Source: an uncultured Eubacteriales bacterium
Lineage (GTDB): Bacteria; Bacillota; Clostridia; Oscillospirales; Butyricicoccaceae
Length of the DNA: 64,000 bases
Direction of reading: 5' to 3'
Assembly: GCA_910586105.1 (NCBI GenBank)
Contig: CAJUGU010000002.1
Span: forward strand, 1,797-65,796
This document shows, piece after piece, positions 38,679 through 49,272 of this stretch; positions within the stretch are counted from its first letter, which is position 1, and the number at the start of each line of letters is the position of its first letter. The translations under genes and the position numbers were made by a program. Below the pieces are notes generated by a model, which was given only the letters and a program-made list of their open reading frames with translations, was not told the DNA's origin and did no database searches.

Positions 38679-40265
38679 ATGAAACGCAAGATCACATTGC
38701 AGCAGCGGCTTGTCCTGCCGATCGTCCTGCTGGGGCTGGTGGCGCTCCTGTCCAACCTCCTTGCGGCATTCGGCATCAATAACGTCCATTCCAACGCCGG
38801 TACCATCGTAGAGGAATACATGGTGAGCGAGGCGCGGCTGGAGGAGATCCGCCGGTCGATGATGGATATCCATCTGCTTGCCCTGTCCCACATCGTAGCG
38901 GCGGATCACGGCACCATGATCCAGCTGGTGCAGCAGATCAAGGCAGAGGAAGCGACGCTGGACGAACAGCTGGCGGCTTACGAGGACTTTGTGTCCACGG
39001 GCAACGAAGCGGTCTATCACAGCCTGTTGGAAGATTATGCCGCGTTCAAGCACGCGCTGGTCGGGCTGGTGTGCGCAAGCGCCGACAGCAAGACGCAGGA
39101 CGCTTACGCGATGGCAAACGGCGACGTCGCGGCTTGCAGCGAGAGCGTCGAGAACGGGCTGGACACGCTTTCGGCCTCGGTCAGCGCGCAGGCGGCGGGG
39201 GCGCAAAAGCACCTGTTCGTGGTTTATATCATAGCGCTGCTGACCAGCGCGGCGGTGCTGGCGATCGGCGTACTGCTGGTATGGGCGGCGCTGCGGATCA
39301 TCCGGACGTATGTCATCGCGCCGATCCAGAGTGCAATGGGCACGCTTCAGGACGATTCCGAGCGGCTGAATAATGTGGTGCGGGAGATTCGCGGACGCAC
39401 GCAGACATCCAGCGACAGTGCGCGCAAGCTTTCCAGCCTGACCGAGCAGCTTTCGGCGGCGCTGGCGAAGATCTCGCAGAACACGGCGTCGATCACAGCC
39501 AGCGCGTCCAGTACGCAGGACGATGCGGGGCGGGTCGCGGAGGCGTGCACGGCTTTAAACGGCTATTCGCTGGAAATGCGCGGCCGGGCAGAAGAAATGG
39601 AGAAATCGGCCCGTCAGGAGATGGAGGACGTGCGCAGCCGCACGGAAAAGATCATGGCGATCCTGAATGAAGCCATCGTGCAAAGCCAGAATGTCAGCCA
39701 GATCGACATCCTGACGCAAGACATCCTGTCCATCTCGTCCTCCACCGACCTGATCGCGATCAACGCCTCGATCGAGGCGGCGCGGGCCGGGACTGCGGGC
39801 AAGGGCTTTGCGGTGGTCGCGCAGGAGATCCGGCGGCTGGCGGACGCCTGCGCGGAGGTTGCGGGGCATATCCAGGAGGTCAGCTCGGTCGTGACCGGCG
39901 CGGTCAAATACTTATCCGGCAGCGCGCAGGAGCTGGCGGACTATCTGGGGCAGGCGATCGAAACGCAGCTCGCGCGCTCTGTCCAATCGGGGCAGCAATA
40001 CCGGGAGGACGCCGCATACATCCAACGTTCGATCGAAACCTTCAACCGGCAGGCTGACGGCCTGCAAACGGCAATGGAAGAGGTCGCCGACTCGATCGCG
40101 TCCATCTCGGGCGCGGTGGACGGCGCGGTCGCGGGGATCACGGGGATTGCAGGCAGCACCCATGTGCTGGTGGACGACCTGGCGAGCATTGTCGGCGGGA
40201 TGGACACGAACCACGAGATCGCGGGCGAGCTCCAGCATCAGGTCGAGGTTTTCGCCAATCTGTAG
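38679..40265 (+). CDS. Methyl-accepting chemotaxis protein (four-helix-bundle sensor)
   Basis: Two TMs; [33 protein letters not shown] hairpin tip. Confidence 0.92.
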   Translation: MKRKITLQQRLVLPIVLLGLVALLSNLLAAFGINNVHSNAGTIVEEYMVSEARLEEIRRSMMDIHLLALSHIVAADHGTMIQLVQQIKAEEATLDEQLAAYEDFVSTGNEAVYHSLLEDYAAFKHALVGLVCASADSKTQDAYAMANGDVAACSESVENGLDTLSASVSAQAAGAQKHLFVVYIIALLTSAAVLAIGVLLVWAALRIIRTYVIAPIQSAMGTLQDDSERLNNVVREIRGRTQTSSDSARKLSSLTEQLSAALAKISQNTASITASASSTQDDAGRVAEACTALNGYSLEMRGRAEEMEKSARQEMEDVRSRTEKIMAILNEAIVQSQNVSQIDILTQDILSISSSTDLIAINASIEAARAGTAGKGFAVVAQEIRRLADACAEVAGHIQEVSSVVTGAVKYLSGSAQELADYLGQAIETQLARSVQSGQQYREDAAYIQRSIETFNRQADGLQTAMEEVADSIASISGAVDGAVAGITGIAGSTHVLVDDLASIVGGMDTNHEIAGELQHQVEVFANL

Positions 40266-40389
40266 CGGAACGGCGAAGCATCCAGACCCGCAGGGCGCGG
40301 AATATGGAACGATAACAGACAGGACGGCGGGATATCATCACCGCCGCCCTGTTTCAGCTTTTCGCCGATCCATATAAGCAAAACCCGAT

Positions 40390-40619
40390 TTATGCCATCC
40401 AAATATGTATCAGTGGCTTTGCAAACTGCACGGCATATTTGCAAAGTTGAATGAGTTCGCAAACAGCGGTTTCTGCTTCAACTGTCGGATTACCGATTCG
40501 TTCATTTGGATAGTTCACTGCCATTTGTTCAAACCATTCAGTTTTTCATAATCAGCGGCAGAAAGCGCGTCTAAAAGTTCTTTCGGTTTCCCAACTAAAA
40601 ATTGTAGAGAAAGCCCCAT
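40390..40619 (-). pseudogene. AT-rich gene remnant (frameshifted, probably internally deleted)
   Basis: AGGAGGAGG RBS, then MGLSLQFLVGKPKELLDAL...; another frame continues ...AVCELIQLCKYAVQFAKPLIHIWMA*; 230 nt total. Confidence 0.45.
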
Positions 40620-40767
40620 GATAAATCCTCCTCCTAATTCATATTGAATACGATCATTCAAGTATAGCACGTCTCCCCGCTGAAAACAATCCCCTCCTTA
40701 TGTCCGTTCCGACTATCCAGGCCGTCAAGGGACGAGGCGTATTTTTGCCGTTTCCATTTCGCCGCCG

Positions 40768-40808
40768 AAAACAGGGGACAGGATTTTACAACCCTGTCCC
40801 CGCTTTTG
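40768..40808 (-). terminator. Terminator of PTS/GH32/GH36 operon
   Basis: Minus strand GGGGACAGG...CCTGTCCCC-TGTTTT. Confidence 0.65.
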
Positions 40809-40830
40809 TCCGCTTCATTCCAACGGCTTT

Positions 40831-43029
40831 TTAACCGCCTTCCGCAGCTCCGTCTACCCCTTCCAGCACGACCAGCAGGCTCTGATGGTCGCCTTCCAGC
40901 ACCGGCAGCAGTACGCCGCCGTGCATCCATCCCGCGCCCGAACGGGTCTCGCCGGTGCGCCGGTCGCGATATTGCCGCAAAGGCTCCAATCCCGCCAGCG
41001 GCAAACGCAGCGAACGCCGCTGCGCGCGGGAAACCACCTGCACATAACAAAGCACGGCCAGCGACCGGTCTTTACGGACTGCCAGCAAGGCGTCATGGCT
41101 GCGGTTTTCCGAATAGGAAGCCAGCCGGTAAGCGTCCCCGTCGCGGAACACCGGCCCAAGCTCCCGGTACTCCGCCAGCTGCCCGGGGATCGCCGCGAAT
41201 TCCGCCGGCGTCAGCTTGCACAGATCGAGTTCATATCCGAAGCATCCGGCCAGCGCCACGTGCCCGCGCGTCCGGAAGGGCGTGCTGCGGCAGTTCGTAT
41301 GGCTGGGACAGGCGGCAACGTGCGCCCCCATCGACGAAAACGGATACGCCAGCGCCGTCCCCTCCTGGATCGTCAGCCGGTCGATCGCCTCGGCATTGTC
41401 CGAAGTCCAGATCTGCGGGCTGTAGTACAGCATCCCGGCGTCGAACCGTCCGCCGCCGCTGCAACAGTTTTCCAGCAGCAGATCGGGGAAATCGCTCAGC
41501 AGCCGCTCTTGCAGCTCGTAAAGGCCCAGCGTGTAGCGGTGGGCGGCTTCTCCCTGACGGCCGGCGGGCAGCGCAGAGCTAAATACGTCGCTCAGCACTC
41601 GGTTCATGTCCCACTTCAAATAAACGATCGGGGCGGAACGCAGCACAGCGGAAATCTGCCCATAAACACAGTCGCGCACCTCGCGCCGCGTCAGGTCAAG
41701 CACATATTGCTTCCGCGACTGCGCCGGGGCCCAGCCGGGCGTTTGCAGCGCGTAATCCGGATGCGCCCGGTAAAGGTCGGAGTCGGGCGATACCATTTCC
41801 GGCTCCATCCAGACACCCAGCTTGACGCCGATCGCCGAAAGCTCCTCTCCCAGCCGCCGGAAGCCGCCTGGGAGCTTCTTTTCGTTGACATACCAGTCGC
41901 CCAGACTGCTCGTCTCGTCCTCGCGATGGCCAAACCAGCCGTCGTCAACGACCAGCAGTTCAATCCCGGCTTCCGCCGCCTTTTGCCCCAGCGCGAGCAG
42001 CCGGTCGTGGTCGAAATCGAAGTAGGCCGCCTCCCAGCTGTTGACCAGCGAGTAACGGTGCTTCCCCTGCCCCCGGATCAGATGCCGCCGGAAAAAATCG
42101 TGAAAGCTGCGGCTCATGCCGCCTAATCCCTGCTCCGAGCAAACCAGCGCCGCCTCCGGCGTCTGGAAGGCTTCCCCCGGTTCCAGCCGCCAGCCGAACC
42201 CCTCCGGATGGATGCCCAGCACCGCCCGGATCTTCCCGCAGGCATCCGGCTCCGCCTGCGCGAGGAAATTGCCCGAGTACAGGAAACACATGCCATACGC
42301 CAGCCCCTGCTCCCGCGTTGCCGTATGCTCCGCCAGCGCGAGGAAAGGGTTGAACTGGTGCGAGGAAATGCCGCGCAGCGAAAACGCGCCCTGCCTGCCC
42401 GAAGCGACCGGGCGGCGGTCGATCCTCCACTCGTGCGCCCACGCGCCGGGCAGGGTGATGAGATCGAAGTCCCGCCCGTCCAGCGTCAGGCAGGCGGACA
42501 GCGCGGCGGTCAGCGTGAGCGGCGCCGCGCCTTGGTTCTCGATACGAGCGCTGCGGCAGATGACGTCCACATCCTCAAACACCGTATAGGAAAGGCAGAC
42601 CTGTAAGCCAAGTACCGGATCGGCGCATCGGATCGCAAGCGTGGTACATTCCCCGCCAAACGCGGCAGGCAAGCCTTCCAGCGGCTTTTTGCCCGCGAAG
42701 ATTTCGTGGCTCTGGTAAAACAGCTCGCAGCGCCGTCCGCCCTCCGCCGTTTCGGCCCGCAGGCAGGGCTCCCGGAAATCGCCGCCGCCCCACGCCGGAT
42801 ACTCGAAGGGGAAGGTATCGTAAAAGGAGACGCGTTCTCCCGGCTCCCGCGAAGGCGCGTAGGGCGGTTCCTCCAGCCGCAGCAGGTACCGCATCGGATC
42901 GGCAGGGATACGCGGGCCGTAATAAATCTGCCCAAGGAACCCTTCTGCATCCACAATGCCGATCAGGTAGGTCGTATGCGGGGTGTCCAGCCGGAACACC
43001 CGTTCCCGTGGATCGTAAGCGATCCCCAT
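40831..43029 (-). CDS. Alpha-galactosidase, GH36 (second paralogue)
   Basis: NSWEAAYF, LLVVDDGWFG, YLKWDMNR, CCSGGGRFD. Confidence 0.95.
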   Translation of the reverse strand: MGIAYDPRERVFRLDTPHTTYLIGIVDAEGFLGQIYYGPRIPADPMRYLLRLEEPPYAPSREPGERVSFYDTFPFEYPAWGGGDFREPCLRAETAEGGRRCELFYQSHEIFAGKKPLEGLPAAFGGECTTLAIRCADPVLGLQVCLSYTVFEDVDVICRSARIENQGAAPLTLTAALSACLTLDGRDFDLITLPGAWAHEWRIDRRPVASGRQGAFSLRGISSHQFNPFLALAEHTATREQGLAYGMCFLYSGNFLAQAEPDACGKIRAVLGIHPEGFGWRLEPGEAFQTPEAALVCSEQGLGGMSRSFHDFFRRHLIRGQGKHRYSLVNSWEAAYFDFDHDRLLALGQKAAEAGIELLVVDDGWFGHREDETSSLGDWYVNEKKLPGGFRRLGEELSAIGVKLGVWMEPEMVSPDSDLYRAHPDYALQTPGWAPAQSRKQYVLDLTRREVRDCVYGQISAVLRSAPIVYLKWDMNRVLSDVFSSALPAGRQGEAAHRYTLGLYELQERLLSDFPDLLLENCCSGGGRFDAGMLYYSPQIWTSDNAEAIDRLTIQEGTALAYPFSSMGAHVAACPSHTNCRSTPFRTRGHVALAGCFGYELDLCKLTPAEFAAIPGQLAEYRELGPVFRDGDAYRLASYSENRSHDALLAVRKDRSLAVLCYVQVVSRAQRRSLRLPLAGLEPLRQYRDRRTGETRSGAGWMHGGVLLPVLEGDHQSLLVVLEGVDGAAEGG

Positions 43030-43095
43030 AAAATTTCACCGTTTCAGCCGCGGCCTGCGGCTGCCTTTCTGAATTCGTCTTTGAGGCCGCCGCCG

Positions 43096-44535
43096 TCAGC
43101 GCGCCCCGGTTTGTATGGTCTTCGTTTCCATCGCGCGCATATCATAAAGCTTTGCGCGGCCCTCTCCTTCCAGCCGCAGGGCGTGCTCCCCCTGCGGATA
43201 AAAGCGCGTGCTCATGACCCGCTCGCCGCCGTTGGCGAAAAGCTCGATCGAGCTGTGATCGACCAGCACCCGAAGGGTGTGCAGCCGCGGGATCGCAGCC
43301 TTCCGAGCCGTGCGCCCGAACGCGGCTGGCTCCTCGATCGCCAACGTCAGCACGCCGTTTTCCCAGCGGACGGCGGCTGCGCCTTCCCATACCAGTGCAA
43401 AGCGATCGCCGTCGATCTCCACTTCGATATCCGCCGCCCGCGCAAGCGTCTGCCGCACGCTGCCGGAAAACACGACGGCCCGTTCGTTGACGCGCAGCTG
43501 TTCCAGTTCGCGGACCGGCAGGGCGGTCAGCCGTCCGTCCTTCCAGTGCAGCTCGCGCGGGACGCTCAGGCAGTGTTCCCAGCCGGAGGCCGCAGTCGGA
43601 CTGCCGCAGCCGGAATCCGGCATAGCCATCCACCCCAACGCGATCCGCCTGCCGTCCGGCGCTTCAAACGACTGCTGCGCATAGTAATCAAAGCCGCTGT
43701 CGAACTCGCAGTAATCGCCCAGCGCGTAGTCCCCGCGAAAATCGCCGCGCAGGGGGAAATACCCGCAGGAATAGGCGTTCTGCCCGATCTCTCCATGAGG
43801 GGCGATTCCCTGCGGCGAAACGGCAAGGATGTCCTGCCCGTCCACCCGGAACAGGTCCGGGCATTCCCACATGTAGCCGAACGGCTCAGGCGTGGAGATC
43901 GTCCGGATGTGCTCCCAGTGGTACGGATCGCCGGCGGCATAGACCAGAGCTTCCCCGCGTCCGTCCCGGGTGCGCGCGCCCAATACCATATAATACTTGC
44001 CGTCCTGCTTCCACACCTTGGGGTCGCGGACATGGTTGGAAACATCGGCGGGGTAATCGCAGTTTTCCAGCAGCAGCTTTTTGCTATCCAGATGGACGCC
44101 GTCCCGGCTGACCCCGACCGCCGTATTGCTGCCGCGTCCCGAGTTGATATAATCATGGTCGCCCAGGCGCCGGACGTTGCCGGTATAGAACAGGTACAGG
44201 GCGTCGTCCTCCGCCAGCGCGGAACCCGAGTAGACCCCGTGCAAATCCCAAGGCTGGTCGGGACACAGCAGGACGGGCTGCTGCTGCCAATGCAGCAGGT
44301 CGGGGCTGCTCCAATGCCCCCAGAAGCCGAGCCCCCCTGCGACGTTGAAGGGACTATACTGATAGCACACGTGGTACAGCCCCCGGTACCAGCACAGCCC
44401 GTTCGGGTCGTTCATCCAACCGCAGGGCTGCATCAAATGGAATGCCTGCCGGTAAGGGTCGGCGGAAACGCGTCCGTGTTCCCAGGCCTCCACCCGGTCT
44501 ACAAGCGTGTTCAGGTCTTTGTGTAATCGGTTCAT
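43096..44535 (-). CDS. scrB: Sucrose-6-phosphate hydrolase / beta-fructofuranosidase, GH32
   Basis: WMNDPNG, RDP, WECPD catalytic motifs. Confidence 0.92.
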   Translation of the reverse strand: MNRLHKDLNTLVDRVEAWEHGRVSADPYRQAFHLMQPCGWMNDPNGLCWYRGLYHVCYQYSPFNVAGGLGFWGHWSSPDLLHWQQQPVLLCPDQPWDLHGVYSGSALAEDDALYLFYTGNVRRLGDHDYINSGRGSNTAVGVSRDGVHLDSKKLLLENCDYPADVSNHVRDPKVWKQDGKYYMVLGARTRDGRGEALVYAAGDPYHWEHIRTISTPEPFGYMWECPDLFRVDGQDILAVSPQGIAPHGEIGQNAYSCGYFPLRGDFRGDYALGDYCEFDSGFDYYAQQSFEAPDGRRIALGWMAMPDSGCGSPTAASGWEHCLSVPRELHWKDGRLTALPVRELEQLRVNERAVVFSGSVRQTLARAADIEVEIDGDRFALVWEGAAAVRWENGVLTLAIEEPAAFGRTARKAAIPRLHTLRVLVDHSSIELFANGGERVMSTRFYPQGEHALRLEGEGRAKLYDMRAMETKTIQTGAR

Positions 44536-44606
44536 CGGTCTTCCCTTCCTTTGAACGGCAGAGGGCGGGACGTTCCCATCCCGCCCTCTGCCGCTGTGTT
44601 CTGTGT

Positions 44607-46529
44607 TTACCGGGCGCGCACGATCGCCGCCTGCGCCTGACCCGGCGTGATCTCGACCGTTTTGTCGTCGTCCAGCTCAAATACCATCATGGTCTGCGTC
44701 GGATAACCCGCCTTTTCGACCGTCGGGAGATCCATTTTCAGCAGCGGGTCGCCTTTGCGCACGCGCTGCCCCTCCTTGACGAGGGTCTGGAACCCTTTGC
44801 CTTCCAGCTTCACGGTGTCGACGCCGCAATGGATCAGGACGTTGACGCCCTCCTCCAGTTCCAAACCGATCGCATGTCCCGTCGGATAGACCAGCGTGAC
44901 CGTACCGTCCGCCGGCGCGACGATCCCGCCGTCGGCTACGTCGACCGCAATCCCTTCGCCAAGCACCTTGCTGGCAAACGTCTGATCGACCGAATCCGCA
45001 ATATCCTTCACGGCGCCCTTAACCGGGGACGCGACGCGAAGCTCGGTAAACGTCGCCGGTACTGGCGCAGCAGCCGTCCGTACCGGTGCGCCTGCCGCTG
45101 CCGCCGGGATGGCCTCGACCTTCTCCTTTGCAACCGCCTTGCCGTACAGTACGGTGAACAGGAAGCCCGCGCCCAGCGCGGTCAGATGCGCCGCGATGTA
45201 TTTCACATAGCCGCCGTTCGCCGGGTCGCAGATCGCAATGCCCGGTACCACGGTCGTACCGAAGCCCAACGCCGCAAGGTCGAACAGGTATACCAGCGCG
45301 CCCCCGATCGCACCGCCCAGACAGCCGCACACGAGCGGGTACTTATACCGGATATTGACGCCGAACAACGCAGGCTCCGTGATGCCGAACAGGATGGACA
45401 CGAAGCTGGATCCGCACAGCTCGCGGGATTTTTTATCCGAATACCGGTTGAGCATCAGGCCGAGCACCGCGCCGCCCTGCGCGATCATTGCCACGCTCAT
45501 CAGGGAATTGAGGAAGTTGCGCCCGGTATCCGCCAGCAGCTGGGACTCGATCGCCCCGAAAATATGATGCAGGCCGGTGATCACGATCAGCTGCTGTACG
45601 CCCGAGAACAGCGCATAGCCGAAAACGCCAAGATTGTTCGTACACCAGACCAGCAGGCTGGTGATGCCGCTTTGCAGGCCGCGCCCTGCCGGGCCGACGA
45701 CCAGGAACAGCAGGAACGCGCCGCAAAGGGTAGTCAGCAGCGGGGAAACCAGCAGCCGGACCAGCTCGGGCACATGCTTTTCAAAGAAGTTGTCCAGCTT
45801 CGCAACAACCCAGCCCATCATGAGCGCGATAATAATGCCGCCCTGGAAGCCGATCAGGTCGACCGGGATGCCCAGCAGGCGGATGGTCTCGAACGCCGCC
45901 GTTCCTTGCGCCGCCGCCGACGCGTCCGTCAAACTGCCGGATAGCATGATGCAGCCCAGCACCAGCCCCATGATTGGGCGTCCGCCGAACCGTTTGCAGG
46001 CGCTGTACGCCACGACCAGCGGCAGGAACCCGAAGATCGCGCCCGAGGCGATATTCACGATCCGGTTGATCGCGAACAGCGTCTGGTTGCTTTCCACAAA
46101 GGCAAGGTTGCCGAGCAGCCCGGAAATACCGGTCAGCAGCGCCGCCGCAAGGATGCCCGGCATGATGTCGATGAATACGTCGGACAACCCCTTCAGGATC
46201 CGCTGAAGCGGGTTCATCTTCTGGTTGGCCTCGGTCTTGAGGTCGCTCAGCGACTGGCCTTTCATGCCAGTGTGATCGGCGAAGACCTCGTAAACGTCGT
46301 TGACCAGCCCGGAACCGAATATGATCTGCACCTGATCGCCCGCCAGGAAAACGCCCTTGACCAGGTCCACCCGATCGATGGCTTCGAGATCGGCCTTTTC
46401 ATTGTCCTTGAGCACCACGCGCAGGCGGGTCGCGCAATGGGCGACGCCCGTCAGGTTTTCCCGTCCGCCAAGATGCCCGATCACCTCTTTGGAGATGTTC
46501 AGATACCGTGTCCTTTTGCGTTCATCCAT
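44607..46529 (-). CDS. scrA: PTS sucrose-type EIIBCA
   Basis: HCATRLR (EIIB), ITGLHH and GITEPALFG (EIIC), LIHCGVDTV (EIIA). Confidence 0.88.
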   Translation of the reverse strand: MDERKRTRYLNISKEVIGHLGGRENLTGVAHCATRLRVVLKDNEKADLEAIDRVDLVKGVFLAGDQVQIIFGSGLVNDVYEVFADHTGMKGQSLSDLKTEANQKMNPLQRILKGLSDVFIDIMPGILAAALLTGISGLLGNLAFVESNQTLFAINRIVNIASGAIFGFLPLVVAYSACKRFGGRPIMGLVLGCIMLSGSLTDASAAAQGTAAFETIRLLGIPVDLIGFQGGIIIALMMGWVVAKLDNFFEKHVPELVRLLVSPLLTTLCGAFLLFLVVGPAGRGLQSGITSLLVWCTNNLGVFGYALFSGVQQLIVITGLHHIFGAIESQLLADTGRNFLNSLMSVAMIAQGGAVLGLMLNRYSDKKSRELCGSSFVSILFGITEPALFGVNIRYKYPLVCGCLGGAIGGALVYLFDLAALGFGTTVVPGIAICDPANGGYVKYIAAHLTALGAGFLFTVLYGKAVAKEKVEAIPAAAAGAPVRTAAAPVPATFTELRVASPVKGAVKDIADSVDQTFASKVLGEGIAVDVADGGIVAPADGTVTLVYPTGHAIGLELEEGVNVLIHCGVDTVKLEGKGFQTLVKEGQRVRKGDPLLKMDLPTVEKAGYPTQTMMVFELDDDKTVEITPGQAQAAIVRAR

Positions 46530-46829
46530 GAAGTATCCCTCTTTCTTGAAAATGTTCTGTCCAGCCGGTGGCGGGCCGCGTTCTCCCTCCGGCGTTCCGA
46601 TATGTCGGTTTGTATCCCTCCGGCCGCCCCAGCCTTTTGCCTGCAAAAGCGCTCCTGCCTTTTCGCAGCCGGTATCACGTTCCAAAACGCCGTTTAAACT
46701 CCCTTCACCCCGCTTTCTGTTCGGTTTTTCCGCCCGGTTGATGTTTTGATTATAACATGGTATAATACAAGAGAACATGGAGAAATGTCCTCGATATATC
46801 AATTTTTGTATAGGATGGAGGGCTTGCGC

Positions 46830-47657
46830 ATGCAGGACTATATCTTTTCCAATGAATCCTATCACGGCAACGACGCGATCGTCTATACCTGCGGGCATGA
46901 GGAATGCGCCCCCGGCCACAGCTACGGCCCGATTGCAAGGAGCGGTTACCTGATCCATTATGTGCTCCGCGGTAAAGGCATTTACCGCGCCCACAGGAAG
47001 ACCTACCCGATCGGCGAAGGCGACGCCTTCCTGATCGTCCCCGGCGAACTGATCTATTACGAGGCCGACCGGGACGACCCATGGGTGTATACCTGGATCG
47101 GTTTTCAGGGCATCAAGATCCGGGATTACCTGTCCCGGACGACCCTGCTCGAGCATCCTGTGTTCCGATACGACCGCGACGACCGGATCCGCATCTGCCA
47201 TGACAAAATGTACCTGGCCAGCCGGTTCCGCACCAATACGGATATGGCGATGAACAGCGTGCTGTATGAATATTTGTTCCTGCTGGCCGAAAAATTCCCG
47301 CAGACCCGGATCTCGCCTGAAAAACGGCGGAATGCCTGCGTCCGGGAGACGCTGGAATATATGGAGCTGCATTATGAAAACGATATCAGTATTCAGCAGA
47401 TCGCCGACCGGCTGTATGTCAGCCGCACCTATCTGCACCGCATTTTTAAGGAAACGACCGGGCGTTCGCTCAAGGAACATTTGATCGATATCCGGATGAA
47501 AAGAGCCTGCCGGTACCTGTCGCAGACCGATTTCCCGGTGTCGGCGATTGCGCGCTCGGTCGGTTATGAGGATCCGCTGTACTTTTCCAAGCTGTTCCGG
47601 CAGAAAAAGGGGATCCCCCCGACCGAATATCGGGAACAGCGGTCCGCCCCCGTTTGA
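46830..47657 (+). CDS. AraC family regulator (MsmR-like), divergent from PTS operon
   Basis: CAPGHSYGP...YLIHY; VGYEDPLYFSKLFRQKKG. Confidence 0.92.
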   Translation: MQDYIFSNESYHGNDAIVYTCGHEECAPGHSYGPIARSGYLIHYVLRGKGIYRAHRKTYPIGEGDAFLIVPGELIYYEADRDDPWVYTWIGFQGIKIRDYLSRTTLLEHPVFRYDRDDRIRICHDKMYLASRFRTNTDMAMNSVLYEYLFLLAEKFPQTRISPEKRRNACVRETLEYMELHYENDISIQQIADRLYVSRTYLHRIFKETTGRSLKEHLIDIRMKRACRYLSQTDFPVSAIARSVGYEDPLYFSKLFRQKKGIPPTEYREQRSAPV

Positions 47658-47925
47658 AAAGACAATGGAAAGAAGCTGCGCCGTGCAGGGAATGGATGTT
47701 CCGTCACGGGCAGCTTCCGATATGATTCAGTTCTTTCTCCGCGCATCGATCGTCGCCTGAAGAAAGGCACATTCTGATTAAAGCGCTTCCTATTCGGTTC
47801 GGAAGGCAGAGCCCTTCATCTGCCCGTTCAGGCATTTCCCAAAATCGCTCATTGTGCTTCTCCTTTCGAGGGCCGTATCCCGTTCGATATTTTGCGTTTA
47901 ACCATTCTCCTGTGGGGCGCGCCCG

Positions 47926-48834
47926 TCAGGACAGCATGGCTAACAGCCGTTCGATCTCCGGACGCTCCGCCAGCCCGAGAGAAAACGCAGTCGCGCTCCC
48001 CGCCGCGACGCCCAGCCGCAGCGCATACCGGTGATCCTTCCGTTCGAGGTACCCCGCCAGGAACCCGGCTACCATGGAATCGCCTGCGCCTACGCTGTTT
48101 TGCACCGTCCCCCTCGGACAACCGATCCGGTGGATGGAACCGGTTTCATCCAGCAGCAGCGCGCCGTCCCCGGCCATGGAAACCAAGACATTCCGCCCGC
48201 CCTGCCGCTGTAATTCGCGCGCGCAGTCTGCGATCTCCCGCTCGTTGGCCAGTTCCCTGCCGAACAGCTCGCCCAGCTCATGATGGTTCGGCTTGATCAG
48301 GAACGGGTGATGCTTCAATACATGCAGCAGCAGCCGTCCCTCCGCGTCGACGGCAATCCGCAGCCCGCGGCCCGTAAGCCGTTCCAAGATGGTTTCATAG
48401 GCGTCCTCCGGCAGACAGGCCGGGATCGAACCGGACAGTACAAGCGTATCCTCCGGCTGTAAACGGTCAAGCTGCGTATAGAGCTTTTCCAGATCGCCCG
48501 GGGCGATCGCCGGGCCCCTGCCGTTGATCTCGGTCTCCTCCCCGGCCTTCACCTTCAGGTTGATCCGCGTCATGCCTTCCGTCACATGGATAAAGTCGGT
48601 CTTCAAGCCCATTGCGGCAAGTCCTTCCTCCAATCCGCGCCCCGTGAAGCCTGCCACAAAGCCCAGCGCCGTCACTTCCAGCCCCAGCGTCCGCAGGACG
48701 TTTGCTACATTGATCCCCTTGCCGCCAAACTGGCAGGTCTCTTCCGCGCTCCGGTTCACACCGCCGGGCTTCAAAGCGCCGTTCAGACGCACGACATAAT
48801 CGATCGCAGGGTTCAAGGTCACTGTATAGATCAT
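47926..48834 (-). CDS. fruK: 1-phosphofructokinase (PfkB family)
   Basis: IYTVTLNPAID, GGKGINV, IKPN, NSVGAGDS. Confidence 0.88.
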   Translation of the reverse strand: MIYTVTLNPAIDYVVRLNGALKPGGVNRSAEETCQFGGKGINVANVLRTLGLEVTALGFVAGFTGRGLEEGLAAMGLKTDFIHVTEGMTRINLKVKAGEETEINGRGPAIAPGDLEKLYTQLDRLQPEDTLVLSGSIPACLPEDAYETILERLTGRGLRIAVDAEGRLLLHVLKHHPFLIKPNHHELGELFGRELANEREIADCARELQRQGGRNVLVSMAGDGALLLDETGSIHRIGCPRGTVQNSVGAGDSMVAGFLAGYLERKDHRYALRLGVAAGSATAFSLGLAERPEIERLLAMLS

Positions 48835-49272
48835 TTCGCGTCCCTCCTCTCCGGCGGCTGCGTTGCACTGCGGCGTCCGCAATCCGCCGGCTCTTTTCGT
48901 TCGTGATAAGCATTGCAGCCGGTTTTCTGCGTCTGCAACGCTGGTGTCTGTCTCCAAATCAAAGGGCAATATCTGCGCCGCCGGGAATCCCTCCCGGCGT
49001 TTTTTATCGCGCCGTATCCGCAAGCGCGGAAAGTCCCCGCCCTTTATTTTATACCGGTTTGCACCAGCAATCAACAAAAACGTTCCTTGAAATGTCCGAT
49101 CGAGCGCGCGCCTTTTGTCAGGCGAGCCCTCCGCAGCGGCTGGCCCGGACATTCCCAATCGTTTTGGATATCGGAACTCGCGGCAGTCCGGCCGCACAGC
49201 TCAAAAAAAACGTCCGCGCCTGTAGCATTTTGCCGCTTTACGGGATATTCTATAGGAAAGGAGCTGATCCAT

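Noticed and set aside
44607..47480. 957-aa PTS protein, and similar N-terminal extensions of glgX, metK, ldh and the S-layer ORFs
   Set aside because: Extensions overlap divergent genes or promoters; downstream starts match family N-termini
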